Assembly: GCF_016433145.1 (NCBI RefSeq)
Contig: NC_058136.1
Span: 73,188,345-73,252,344 of the forward strand
DNA length: 64,000 nucleotides
Direction: 5' to 3'
From: Gracilinanus agilis
Taxonomy: Eukaryota
The notes under the pieces are model-generated. The model was not told the DNA's origin and did not search any database. It saw only the letters and a list, made by a program, of their open reading frames with translations. Shown here in pieces: positions 13,401 through 24,597 of the stretch; positions within the stretch are counted from its first letter, which is position 1, and each line of letters begins with the position of its first letter. The position numbers and the translations under genes were made by a program.

Positions 13401-14892
13401 TCAAGTCCAGCCTCGCGCCCTCTGCCTGCCTCGGTTTCCTCCTCTCTAAATGGGGATCAGAAGAGCTCGGATGAGCTATTCGCGAAGTCGGGAAGGGTTA
13501 GAGTCAGCGGCTGTGAATGGGGATCGAGACGAGCACTCACTTCCCATGAGGTTAGCAAGGGAGGAGTCCAGGTCGTTCACCAGGACCGTCCCTCTCCGCT
13601 GGCTGCCCGGGACCTCTTGGTGCTCCTGCGCGGCCAAAGCTGACAACGGGGCTGTGATCTCATCTAAGCCAGACCTGCAAAGCAGACGGGAATGAGCATG
13701 GCGAAGCCGAGGCAAGTCCCTGCCCCGGGGCCAGGGCACTTCTTCGCGGCAAGGAGGGGAGGTGCGGGCCTGACCTGCGGGTCACTGTCGGCCTCTTTGG
13801 TTTTCACTCTAAAAGGCAAAAAGGCTTTCGGGTGGGCAATTTTGTTCAACCGAATGCGCCTTTTAAAAGGGATCTTGTTTCAAGTTGGCAAGAGTTCGAG
13901 ACTTGGGTTCAAATCTAGACTCTGCTACTCGTTAGATAAAGATCGCGTTTGCTTTCTTGAGAAGGTGTGGACGGCGTACAGCCTGTCCATCCGGTCCAGA
14001 GGAGAGCCATGCCTTAGTTGAGTGGAAACGCCTTTTCCTTCTTTGCTCCGAAGGCCAACGGCTCCCTGAAAGCGAAGGCGCTATGAAAACAACCAAAGAA
14101 GCAACCAGATCTCTGAAGAAGCAAATAAAAGGGAACCATCGAGCTGAAAGGAAGACGGTGGCTCCTGGCAGGCCTCTGCATCATCCCTAGGAGCTCTGCA
14201 GGCTGCCCTCCTACAGGACAGAAACGCCACCACTGGGAGGGACCCACGGAATAAGCCACGGAGGGGGAAGGTGCTCACCACTCCCGGGGGCTGTCCCACG
14301 GCACCATGACCTGACCTATGTGGACGGCTGACAACTGCTCCGTGGGCTTAGGCTGGAAGCTCCTTGAGGGGGCGAGGCCTGTCTTTTGCCTCTTTTGGTA
14401 TTCCTTGAAGGACTGACTAAGAGCAGGAGGAGCTCCACTGCTCACCAGGGGCAGGACGCCCAAGCCTCAGGAGAGGCAGCAGAGCCCAGTGGTTAGAGAG
14501 CTGCTGCTACCGAGACCAGGAGGACAAGCCTGGTTCCGGCCCACTCTAGACCCCACTGCTCGTCCGAGAACCTGGCTGCCTGCGCCTGAGCGAGCCCCTT
14601 CGTGCTTGCTGTGGGCCAGGCAGCCCGCTTTGGGGGGATTCCACTGTACCCAAGGGGGGTCCCACCCCTCCTCCTCGGACCCCAGGACATGGGCAGTGTT
14701 GCTCTGCAGCCCGGAGGGGATAGGCCAAATCTGGCTCCAACTCACCCGATCCCGAGGTGGCAGGAGCACTCTGTCCAAAGAACATGTGAGAGAAAGCAGA
14801 GGATGTGTCCAGGTCAGCAAGAAATGCCATTTTCCATCATTACGGGGAATGCAGAGAAAAGATTTTGGAATTCAATTCACCGCCGCCCCCCC

Positions 14893-15392
14893 NNNNNNNN
14901 NNNNNNNNNNNNNNNNNNNNNNNNNNNNNNNNNNNNNNNNNNNNNNNNNNNNNNNNNNNNNNNNNNNNNNNNNNNNNNNNNNNNNNNNNNNNNNNNNNNN
15001 NNNNNNNNNNNNNNNNNNNNNNNNNNNNNNNNNNNNNNNNNNNNNNNNNNNNNNNNNNNNNNNNNNNNNNNNNNNNNNNNNNNNNNNNNNNNNNNNNNNN
15101 NNNNNNNNNNNNNNNNNNNNNNNNNNNNNNNNNNNNNNNNNNNNNNNNNNNNNNNNNNNNNNNNNNNNNNNNNNNNNNNNNNNNNNNNNNNNNNNNNNNN
15201 NNNNNNNNNNNNNNNNNNNNNNNNNNNNNNNNNNNNNNNNNNNNNNNNNNNNNNNNNNNNNNNNNNNNNNNNNNNNNNNNNNNNNNNNNNNNNNNNNNNN
15301 NNNNNNNNNNNNNNNNNNNNNNNNNNNNNNNNNNNNNNNNNNNNNNNNNNNNNNNNNNNNNNNNNNNNNNNNNNNNNNNNNNNNNNNNNNNN
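14893..15392. other. Assembly gap (500 N)
   Basis: N run; the round number suggests the true size is unknown. Confidence 0.99.
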
Positions 15393-15849
15393 CCCTCCCT
15401 CCCTCCCTCCCTCAGTTGCCAGGGGAGCTTTGGGGAACAGGAAAGAAGCAGTCAAGGGCATGCCTTAACTCTAGGGCTAGGTAGGAGCACAGGAAGTCAG
15501 GGAAGGCTGGGCCTGAATCAAGGTCAGGGTGCTTTCATTTGGCCTCAGCCCAGAGGATCTGTGTACATGGGAGGTGTGGGAGGAAAGGCCCAAAGCCTAA
15601 ACAAAAGGCCCCCAGGGTTCAGATCAAAGAGATGATTCAGCTCTAGGTTACAGTCAGTGCTCTATTCACTTGGGCCAGCAAAGAGCAGCTGAGACTGTCC
15701 CTAACCACTCCAGAGAAGTTCCCCCAAGGGCTGGCAAGTACTCAAGGCCCCAGCCCCAACTCTTCGGCTGCCCATCCATCCGTGCTGTCCTCTGTGTTCC
15801 TACATTATCTATCTGCCTTTGAGTCACCTCTGGTCTCTGCTTTGTTTTC

Positions 15850-16040
15850 CTTTTTTTTTTTTTTAAACTCTCACCTTCCATTTTAGAATCAATACCAGGT
15901 GTCTGTACCAAGGCAGAAGAGCAGTAAGGGTTAGCCAATGGGGATTAAGTCCCCGAGGCCACATAGCTAGGAAGTTACGGAGACCAGACTGGAACCCAGG
16001 CCCTCTGGCTCTCAATCCACGGAGCCACCCAGCTGCCCCC
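15850..16040 (-). mobile_element. SINE1_Mdo-like SINE
   Basis: Poly-T followed by the reverse-complement SINE body ending ...ggagccacccagctgcccc. Confidence 0.8.
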
Positions 16041-16891
16041 TTCTGATTTCTTTTCCAATCTCAAATCTTTTTCCATCTAAACAGCCTCCACTGCTCCCAA
16101 CTGCTCTCCTGTGCCAAACTAAAGGAAAGTCGAGTGGGCCTCTCAAGGAGAGCGCCGTGTGAGGGATCAAGGAAAGCAAAAAGCTCTAAGGACACCTTCG
16201 TCCAGCTAGGCTTGCAACCAACATTCAAAGCGGAAGGCTTCATTCCCAAGGGCGGGGTGGGTCCCGCCCAACTCTGCAGTATGAAACCCACTCCCACCTT
16301 GTGGCCCTACTTTTGCAAAAGAGCGACATGAGCTCCCAGCGTGAGGAAGAACGTGGAACTGAGAGGCCTGTGGGACTGAGGCTGGGCTGGGTTCCCTACT
16401 GAGGGCACTTTCTATGTGCCAGACACCGGGCTAAGTGCTGGAGACGATGGGCTCGGGAGGCAGGCCCCGTGGCCTTACGCTCTAAAAGGGGGCAAGGAAG
16501 AGACGTGCGTTTGGACAGCCTGGAAGAGACACGGGGGCCTGGGTCCAGGTAAGACGAGGCCCAAACTTAGCCTCTGACGCAGTGCAAGAGAAGAATCTTG
16601 GGAGGCCGATTTGTAACCTCTGGTGAGCAGAAAAACCAGGGGGCTGGGAGGGAGATCTGGGTTTCAGCCTCAGCTCCCATGCTTCCCGCCCTCCTTCACT
16701 AGAACGCATTTCCTCCTCCATAAAACTGTCTGCCCTCCCAAGGCGCCAAGGAGAAAAAGCAGTTCTGGGAAGCAGAAGGGGTTATTCCAAAGAAGTTCCA
16801 CCTGCTGGGCCCATCCAGCTTCCTTCCTTTCCACCATCGGTACCAATGAAATCGCTGCCAGGGCCCAGGATCTCCCCAGACCCACACTTAC

Positions 16892-16993
16892 TTGACGCCA
16901 TCGTTAAAGAAATGTGGTTTATCCGCCTGCACGATGACTATGTCAAAGAAATCTCTCCACTCCTTGCCCACCATGTACTTCATGCCTTTGTCA
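16892..16993 (-). CDS. NT5DC2-like exon 9 (last visible exon)
   Basis: [33 protein letters not shown](K), with the motif III Lys (ADKP); 102 bp; CAG acceptor, GTAAGT donor. Confidence 0.95.
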
Positions 16994-17243
16994 CTGGAGA
17001 GAGAGAAAAGGGGGGGGGGGCGTGGAGCTGGAAGGCGGGCCTCTGCAGGGAACCCAGGCCTCTCTTCCTTGGTGGCTGTGGGACATTTTGTGCACTGGGC
17101 TGATCTCAGACTCCACAGGACAGGGCCTCAACACCAACCTGTATGGGCTGTGACCAGATCTGGGGGCAGGGCAGGAGCAAAAGAAAGGGAGCTTTCTCTG
17201 GGACACCCCTCCCGAGCTCCCCGGGGGGCTCACACAAGCTCAC

Positions 17244-17346
17244 ACAAAGCTGAAGGGGCTGTTGGTGATGAGAAACAGCTTCTTGCCATTGTCCACCAGG
17301 CGGCGCAGGACAGCATAAGTCTCCTCGCCCCGAAGGATGTACTTCT
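17244..17346 (-). CDS. NT5DC2-like exon 8
   Basis: [34 protein letters not shown](V), containing HAD motif II (LITNS); 103 bp; TAG acceptor, GTGAGC donor. Confidence 0.95.
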
Positions 17347-17561
17347 CTACAAGGCAGAAACAAAAGTACAGATGCAGGGAGGTGCCTGGCACAACCGAGG
17401 GAAGCCCCGAAAGCTGGGACGAGGGTCTCCCCAGAGATCTCCCGGGAACGGTAGTGCACCACTTGTGGGGCAAAGAAGAGACACATGGGGCACCAACAGG
17501 ACCGGCCCTTTTCGGTAAGTTCCAACCCGACCTACACGTTCTAGGGCCTCTGCAGACTCAC

Positions 17562-17622
17562 CCAAGTCCTGGAGGATCCACTTGTACATGAGGCCTTTGA
17601 TGTGGACATCCCTGATGGCGTC
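17562..17622 (-). CDS. NT5DC2-like exon 7
   Basis: DAIRDVHIKGLMYKWILQDL(E); 61 bp; CAG acceptor, GTGAGT donor. Confidence 0.95.
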
Positions 17623-20620
17623 CTGAGGCGGCAAAGGGAGGAAACACGCAGCTTTAGAAAAGGCAAGGGTGCACCTTGGGGAGCCCATTCCCATCACGGA
17701 AGGTCGTGCCACTGACAGCCAATGGTGCGTGAGCTCACCCACCATCTTAGAGAGCGGCCAGGGACCTGGCAGGCCCACGAGGCCAACAGAAGACTCAGAC
17801 CAGAGAAAGTTGGCTCGTGATCCCTGACAGCACGAGTCGGGACGGAAAGTGTATCTCCAGCTACATTTCCGATGGCACGTCCTGCACCCGGTTTAGATTC
17901 CAGGGAGAAGGGATTCACTCGTAAATCCAACAGCCCAGCTGAGGCTCCATAGGGCCAATCGGTGAGCTACACTTGGGACTTGGCCCTCGCTTCTAGGAGA
18001 TGAGACGCACAGGCTCTCAGTGCCCGTCGGGGGGGGGGGGNNNNNNNNNNNNNNNNNNNNNNNNNNNNNNNNNNNNNNNNNNNNNNNNNNNNNNNNNNNN
18101 NNNNNNNNNNNCCAGTGCCGGGGGGGGGGGGGGGGGAGACAGAGGGGCCCGAAACCAGCTGGGCACAAAGAAGTGCTACATTCCACATGTGAGGGGGTCA
18201 GAGAGCAGCCTTCAGGGTTTCAAGTTACACATTCCGTAGCGCCCACACAGCATCTGGGCGAGCCAGAGGCTCCCGAAGAGCAAAGGGAAGCAGTTATTGG
18301 AGTTGTGGAAAAACAAGAGTCTCCCCCCACCCCCAGCAGAAGGTAGAGATGACAGAGGAATCCGTCCAAGGTACAAACAGGCCAGCTCAGTTGAGGGCTC
18401 TGAGTGGGGGCTGGGGAGGCTTAGAACAGAAGAGTGGTCCAGTCTAGCAAACTCTCCTCTGGAAACTTCAGGGATAAATACCCCTTGCCCTCCCCTGGGT
18501 CTGGGCTTTAGGGCACCACCGCGGCGATTCTCAGCCGAGCCTCCAAAAAAGGGTGAGGGACCCCCCCCAAGTGAAACCCCATGGCTGAAGTGGCTCAGAT
18601 CGCTCAGACCATGCTGGCAAGGAAACCTTTCCTATTCTCATGAGATGATCCCTAGACTGGCCTACTCTGGGACCCCAAAAGCCCTGGATTTGAACTATGC
18701 CACTCGGGCAAGTGTCTTCCCTTCAGAGGATCTCAGTTCCCTTCTCTGTAAGATGAGGGCATTAAACCGGCTGGCCTCGAAGGTCTCTTCCAGCTTGGAA
18801 TGCTGATGAGCCAATGAATGCGCTCCCCTCAATCGCCTTGGAACCCACGGTTTGGGACCTGTGATGCGGCCCAGCCTCACTCTAGAAAAGACCCGAATGC
18901 TTGCAGCGGCGACGGAAGCAGGCCCAAAGCTCGGGCCCCACGTTTACTGGAACTAGGCAGGCTGCTCTGCAACCTGGAAGGGAAAGGAGGGGGCACAGGG
19001 AACACCGAGACGGAACGCCAGTGCACACACCGGGGAGGGAGAAGACAGAATCCTACCCACTGCGAAATGCCACCTCCCCTTTCCACGGCAGAAAACAGTC
19101 GAGCCTTTTGCAACGAGCTGCTGCAGCTCACAAAAGCAACCAGGGGACCTGATGCCAACACACACAGACCCAGAATTCCAGAGAGTATCCAATATGTTCC
19201 CAGCAGTAAGAACACCAGTGGAAAAGTACTGGCCACAGGGGTGTGGGGAAGAGGGCAGAGCGGAGGAGGAGGAGGAGGAGGAGGAAGGAAGGAAGAAGAA
19301 GAAGAAAGGGAGAGGAGATAAGGGAAGAGGAGGGAAAGAAAGGCAATGGAGAGACTGAGGGCCATTCACATTAGGCCCGCTCTGGCTTCTCTAACCCAAG
19401 GGCAACCTTGGAGGCTGGCTGGGTGGCCTCTGGGAGTGAGCTTCACTTTATGGGGGGGCGGAGGGCCAACTACACTAGCCAAAGTAAGGAACAAGAAGCA
19501 AGCTCCTCACAGAAGGGAATTCTGGCCCCAGTCCTCTCCTCAGGGGCCCGCAGAGATGCCCATCTCAGCATGCTGCTGGGCTCTCCCCAAGTCCTGCTCT
19601 TGTCAACTCCCTCAGAGTGGCGAGATCATCTTTCTGGGGTGCCTTGAGATACTTCCGGGGCCCTACCTCCTTAGGCGAGCACTGAGGCTCTAGAGCCAAG
19701 AGTGCCTCGGCCCGTGTCTATTCGGGAAGTGCCGGGCGCCGGTCTAGGTAGCTGCCATCTGCCTTTCTCATTCCTGTGCTCAACAGGGCCGTGGATGCGA
19801 CAGCGATGAGGCTCCCAGGTCCACCGCCTGGAGTGACTGGGGAAGCTGAATGCTCCCATTGTTCCGTGTGTGTTCCGCCTGTCTCAGAACTCACGTGTAG
19901 CCTGTCGGGTGTTCGCTTCCAGTGCTGACTGTGGAGGAAAGTTCTGAGCTCCCTCCCCTCAAAAACGCAAGCCCGCAAGCGTGGGCAAGAACAGCCGGTG
20001 GAAAGGCCTCGCCTCCCCGAGGGGAGATGTTTAACTAGGCTCAACTGAGGGCCTCAGGGCTGGGGCTAGGGCTGGGCAAGCCCACCTAAAGCTTCTCTTC
20101 TCTAGCCCACCTCCAACTGTCCACACTGAGCTCATTAAGCCGTTATGCTTGCATGGCCTTCCAAGCTTCAGAGCTTCCTGGGCAGCTGATTGCACGAGAT
20201 AAGAGAAAGCTGCCTCTGGTCAGGGTCCCTCCTCTCGCGGAAGAGAACAGCTTGTTCTTTCCCAAGTTCAAGTTAGGAGGGGGAGGCTAGAGAAAGACAG
20301 AGAAAAAGGCCAGATCACCTCACACGCAGCTACCAGCCCAGGGGAAGAGAGTTCGTCTCTAAGAAAGTAGCCTGTGATCTACAACGGTCCACCCCGTGGC
20401 CTAGGCCACCCAAAGAGGACCAGCAGCACCAGGAAAGGGCAGAGATGAGGACCGGACAGTCACCAAAGAGCAAACTAGAGAGGCTGCCCCGCCGGCCCCA
20501 AATGAGCCATCCCCGCCCTGTCCTTTTCACGGGTGCCTTCCCCACCAACTAGAGTCTGGGGCTCTTCAGGAATCAAGAGATAACAAGCTCTCCGCCTCTG
20601 TCAGAAACAAGCAGACGCTC

Positions 20621-20622
<2 letters not shown>

Positions 20623-20670
<48 letters not shown>
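20623..20670. repeat. (TG)24 microsatellite
   Basis: Read directly. Confidence 0.97.
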
Positions 20671-20672
<2 letters not shown>

Positions 20673-22328
20673 GCTCGCTCTCCCCACTTCTGGAAACAAT
20701 TCATTTCCCAGAGAGGGTCCCCTTCCTCTTCTGAGCAACGACATGTGGAGGAGGGAAGAGCCAATAGAGGTTGGAGCTCCACTAATCCCCCAACCCCCAC
20801 CAGCCCTTTCCAAGAGTCCGGAGTCTTTTCCCTGCTCAGGCTGGTTGCCCCTAGACTTCTCTCCCTCTGAGCCTCCTCCTCGGGCTTTTTCCCACACTCC
20901 CCCCATCTTCCCATCATCCCTACTGTGAGCATCTTAGTCTGGAGCCTCATCCTCTCTCATCTGAACAGCTGAAAAGCGTCCTTCGTTGCCTACAGTGTCT
21001 CTCCTCCTGTCTGCCTCCATATTCCTCCTCTCCCATGAACCATTGCACTCCCGAGCCTTTAAGGGTTCACCACTGCCTAATGAGAAAGTGAAAGAGAGCC
21101 ACGGAGCCGGGAGCTGGCCAGCTGGGGAGATCCAGGCCCAAGCCCAAGGCAAGACAACTCAAGCGCAGGGCTTTAAAGGCTTGCAACTCCTTAGCCTGGA
21201 GCCCAAGAGACCACGTCAAGTCGTGCCTTGCCAGGCTCTCAGTTCCCGAAACATATTCTGTGCCTTCCTGACTCTGGGCTTCGGTGTGCACGCTCCCAGC
21301 GTCGCTGAAGTCTCATCTGCCGCTTCCTCTAGAAAACCGAGCCAGCTCTCCCTGCCTGAAGCCCTCCTCTGCCCCTCTTCTTTAGTCTGTACATCTCAGC
21401 CGTTTGCCGTGCACCAGCCCTTTCTTCTGGGCCCAGCCCGTGAGCTCCTCGAGAGCAGGGAGTGGGCACAGCTCGCCTCTGGTCAGGGCGCTTCACATGG
21501 CACCTCTGATCCAGGTGGGAAACCGTGACCCCGTAATCCCCTCCCCTCGACTCGGTTTGTCATTCGGTTCGGTCAGCGTCCCTTCCTATAGCTGCTCAGG
21601 GTCGCCACCCTAGTCTATGCCCGTTGAGGCTCGACTTGTCTGAAGGCCTCTGCGTTGGATTCGGGGGGCCCCTCGGATAACTTTCCACAAAGCACGAACC
21701 CTTGGCGTACGACTCCACCTAGAGCCCAAACGCCCGACTTCACGCCTGTCGAGCCACCTTCTCAGACTGGTCGCCATCTTCGATTTCCCAGCCCTCACCA
21801 CTACGTCCCGTGTGCACGGCGAGGGCAGTCCTGCGTTGGCGCCTTCGTGTAAGCCGGTCTGCCCACTCGTGCTGCCCTAGCCAGTAACACTCTCCTCTTA
21901 AAACCGGAACCTTTCTTTTTCTTCTCCCCCCACCTTCGGCACACACTCCAGCTCCGGATAACGACTCCATCTTTGGAACAGCTGCTGCGCCCACGCTCTG
22001 GCACTTACGATCTCCAACCCGGGAAATGACAGAAAGGGGGGGAAAAGATAGGAAACAATCCTGTCTCGGAGCACGGCACGCTCCAAAGCAAACATCCAAT
22101 CGGTCTTCGAGTAGGGACTAAGGACAGACGCCAGCCTCACAGGAAAGGGTGGGGGGAAGGTGAGGGCTAAGGAGGTGCAGATCGCTATTCTCCCTGCCTC
22201 TAGATGGAAAGGAGGCGGTCCAGGGCTTATCTTGAGCTCAGCTGGAATCTCTAGAATCTCTCTCAAGAAGAATTCGGGTGGGATACCCCCCAGGGCAGAA
22301 GGCGGAAGGCGGAAGGCGCAAGCGTTAC

Positions 22329-22457
22329 CGTGACGTCTTTGTATAGGTGGATGGGGTCATAGTCGATATCGTTGGAAATGAAGAAGTCGTTGGCCACCGC
22401 GAGAAGGGTCATCTCGGGAAGGGAGAAGATGTCCATGAATTGCTTTACGGCTGGTCC
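22329..22457 (-). CDS. NT5DC2-like exon 6
   Basis: [43 protein letters not shown]; 129 bp; CAG acceptor, GTAACG donor. Confidence 0.95.
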
Positions 22458-22954
22458 CTGAGATGGGAAAGGAAGAGAAGGTAAGATGCTTGGAGGAACA
22501 GGAACTGAGGGCCTTGCGCTGTGGCCCCGGCAGCGTCATCCGCACGACTTGCCACCTGGCCGAGTGGCAGAAGCACAGCTCAGGCTTCCTCAGCAATGAT
22601 AAGCGATCTGAGGCAGGTGGCCCATTCGCTTCCCTGATCCCCAAGACTTCTGCTGTGACAGCAGCTCCAGAAAGGACCAGAAGTTCCAACCTGTCCAGTG
22701 TCCAAAGTCCCCGTTTTTGAAGTGGCCCAGTCAGTCCATCAGTCAGTCAGTCAGTCAGTCAGTGCCGGAGAGGTACCGGACCTCTCCCTCAATACAAGCA
22801 CCGAAGTGACCCCCACTGAAGAAAGCGGATTTCTCCAGCTAACAAAGATGGACGTCCGGCTCCTATCTTTCTCCGTCATACTTGCTCTCTGTGGGGAACA
22901 GGTTGGCCTGGCAGACATACTAGACTGACCCTCGGGGAGGGAGGTTCCACTCAC

Positions 22955-23048
22955 CTTGCCATAGAATCCGCTAACCTGATGGAGGGGGATGTGATGTGTG
23001 CCTTGATACAGCTCAGTCACTTCTTCATCTGGGACTGGCTTGAGGCCC
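22955..23048 (-). CDS. NT5DC2-like exon 5
   Basis: GLKPVPDEEVTELYQGTHHIPLHQVSGFYGK; 94 bp; CAG acceptor, GTGAGT donor. Confidence 0.95.
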
Positions 23049-23414
23049 CTGGGAGAGATTAAAAAGCAGGAGCAGCCCTTGAGAGAAAAGATAAGTGGCG
23101 AAGCAGAGGCCACTGCAGAGACCGGGTAGTCGTGCAGAGAAAAGGCATTCTGGGAGCCCCAACATGGGCGGGGCTGATGGAGAAGGAAAGCCAGCCAGAC
23201 TGGGGAGACCTTTCACACCTCTGGCACCTTTACCTGATTCCTCTGTCCATGGGCCCTTGGGCTCTCTTATACGCAAGGCGAATGAGGGAACCCAAAAGAG
23301 TCCCCGAGTCTCTCAGACAAAACCAGTGACTGGAGAGATTTCCCACCATTCGTCCAGTCCTCAGCCACCACGGCGTTCCCCTCTCCCCCCACCCTCTGCG
23401 CCTGCCATTCTCAC

Positions 23415-23470
23415 CTGTATACGGTGCCCAGCTGGATGTAATGGAAGGCATCGATCTTCATCAGTAAGCC
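23415..23470 (-). CDS. NT5DC2-like exon 4
   Basis: GLLMKIDAFHYIQLGTVY(R); 56 bp; CAG acceptor, GTGAGA donor. Confidence 0.95.
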
Positions 23471-23620
23471 CTGAACAAGCCCAGTGGGAAGAGCATGGAA
23501 AAGACCACCGAAAGAAATCTTCTGAGAAGTCGTGCTACCTCGCCCTGGCCCCTTCCGGCAGGGCGACGGCTACGCCCCCTCCCCCCATGCCCAGCAAAGC
23601 GGCGAGAGAGGCCTCCTCAC

Positions 23621-23695
23621 CTTGGGGATGTCGTAGTGCAGTCCTCGGATGGCAAAGTTTGGCAGGTAATCATACTTTCGGATTCCTTCGGGATA
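23621..23695 (-). CDS. NT5DC2-like exon 3
   Basis: [25 protein letters not shown]; 75 bp; TAG acceptor, GTGAGG donor; in phase with neighbours. Confidence 0.95.
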
Positions 23696-24412
23696 CTACG
23701 GGGAAAGAGGAGGGAACAATTCATCGTCCGTGAGAAGGGAGCGAGCAGAAGAGGAGACACTGCCCTGTCGTATGTGGTTATCTCCCCACAAGGCACCAGC
23801 TCTAAGGGGTCTCAGGGTGGAGGCCCAGGGCCCTCGCCGGCCCATCGGCCTGGGTTAAAGGGTTTCTGCTTTCTGCTCTATAGGTCTTGGCCGGAAAACA
23901 GGCCGTGGGAAAAGCATCCGTCCGTTGACCGTTCTCATCGCTTTCAAAGCCCCAGCGTCACCCACAATCCAATGAGGGAGCGGCTGCTGCTTCTGCTCCA
24001 GCTCCAGAGGCACTTTTTTGAGGTCAGTGTTGACGCCAGAAGTTCTCATGTGCACATACACAGGAATTCCTGCACGCACATACCCTGTTTTGCAGATGAT
24101 GAAGCTGGCGTTCAGGGAGGCCAGTGCTTTGCTGTGGTCACAGTAACCCCAAATCCAGTCTGCCGCGCAAGGGCCACAGACATACAAGTATCCCACGTGT
24201 CCACGACGAGCAGGCGTCCAAAGGCTCGCTTTGCTTCCGTTTCGGGGGTTTCCATAACCTCCTCCCTTCCCCACGCCCCTCGAAGCCCGACCCGACTAGG
24301 CGACCCGCCCAACCAGACTCTGTCATCAGGCTGGAACCCTAACGGTCTGCGCTTCCCAAGGGAAGCGGGGCTGGCCCGGCCACTGACTGGGTGGGAAGAG
24401 GCCCCCCCTTAC

Positions 24413-24597
24413 CTTATACTGTTCCACCAAGATATCCCGGGCAGTGTTGTAAATCATGGAGTGGAGGGAGTTGGAGTAGAGGGCCAGAGTATAGTCGTAG
24501 TCGAAACCATAAATCTCAATGTCAGCCAGGCACACCTCGTTGTTGGCATAGATGGTGGAAGGGTTCAGGAGGTTGCACACACCCGGGGGGAGCAGAT
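24413..24597 (-). CDS. NT5DC2-like 5'-nucleotidase (HAD family), exon equivalent to NT5DC2 exon 2
   Basis: (D)LLPPGVCNLLNPSTIYANNEVCLADIEIYGFDYDYTLALYSNSLHSMIYNTARDILVEQYK. HAD motif I DxDxT (FDYDYTL) is intact. 185 bp, CAG acceptor, GTAAGG donor. Confidence 0.95.
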
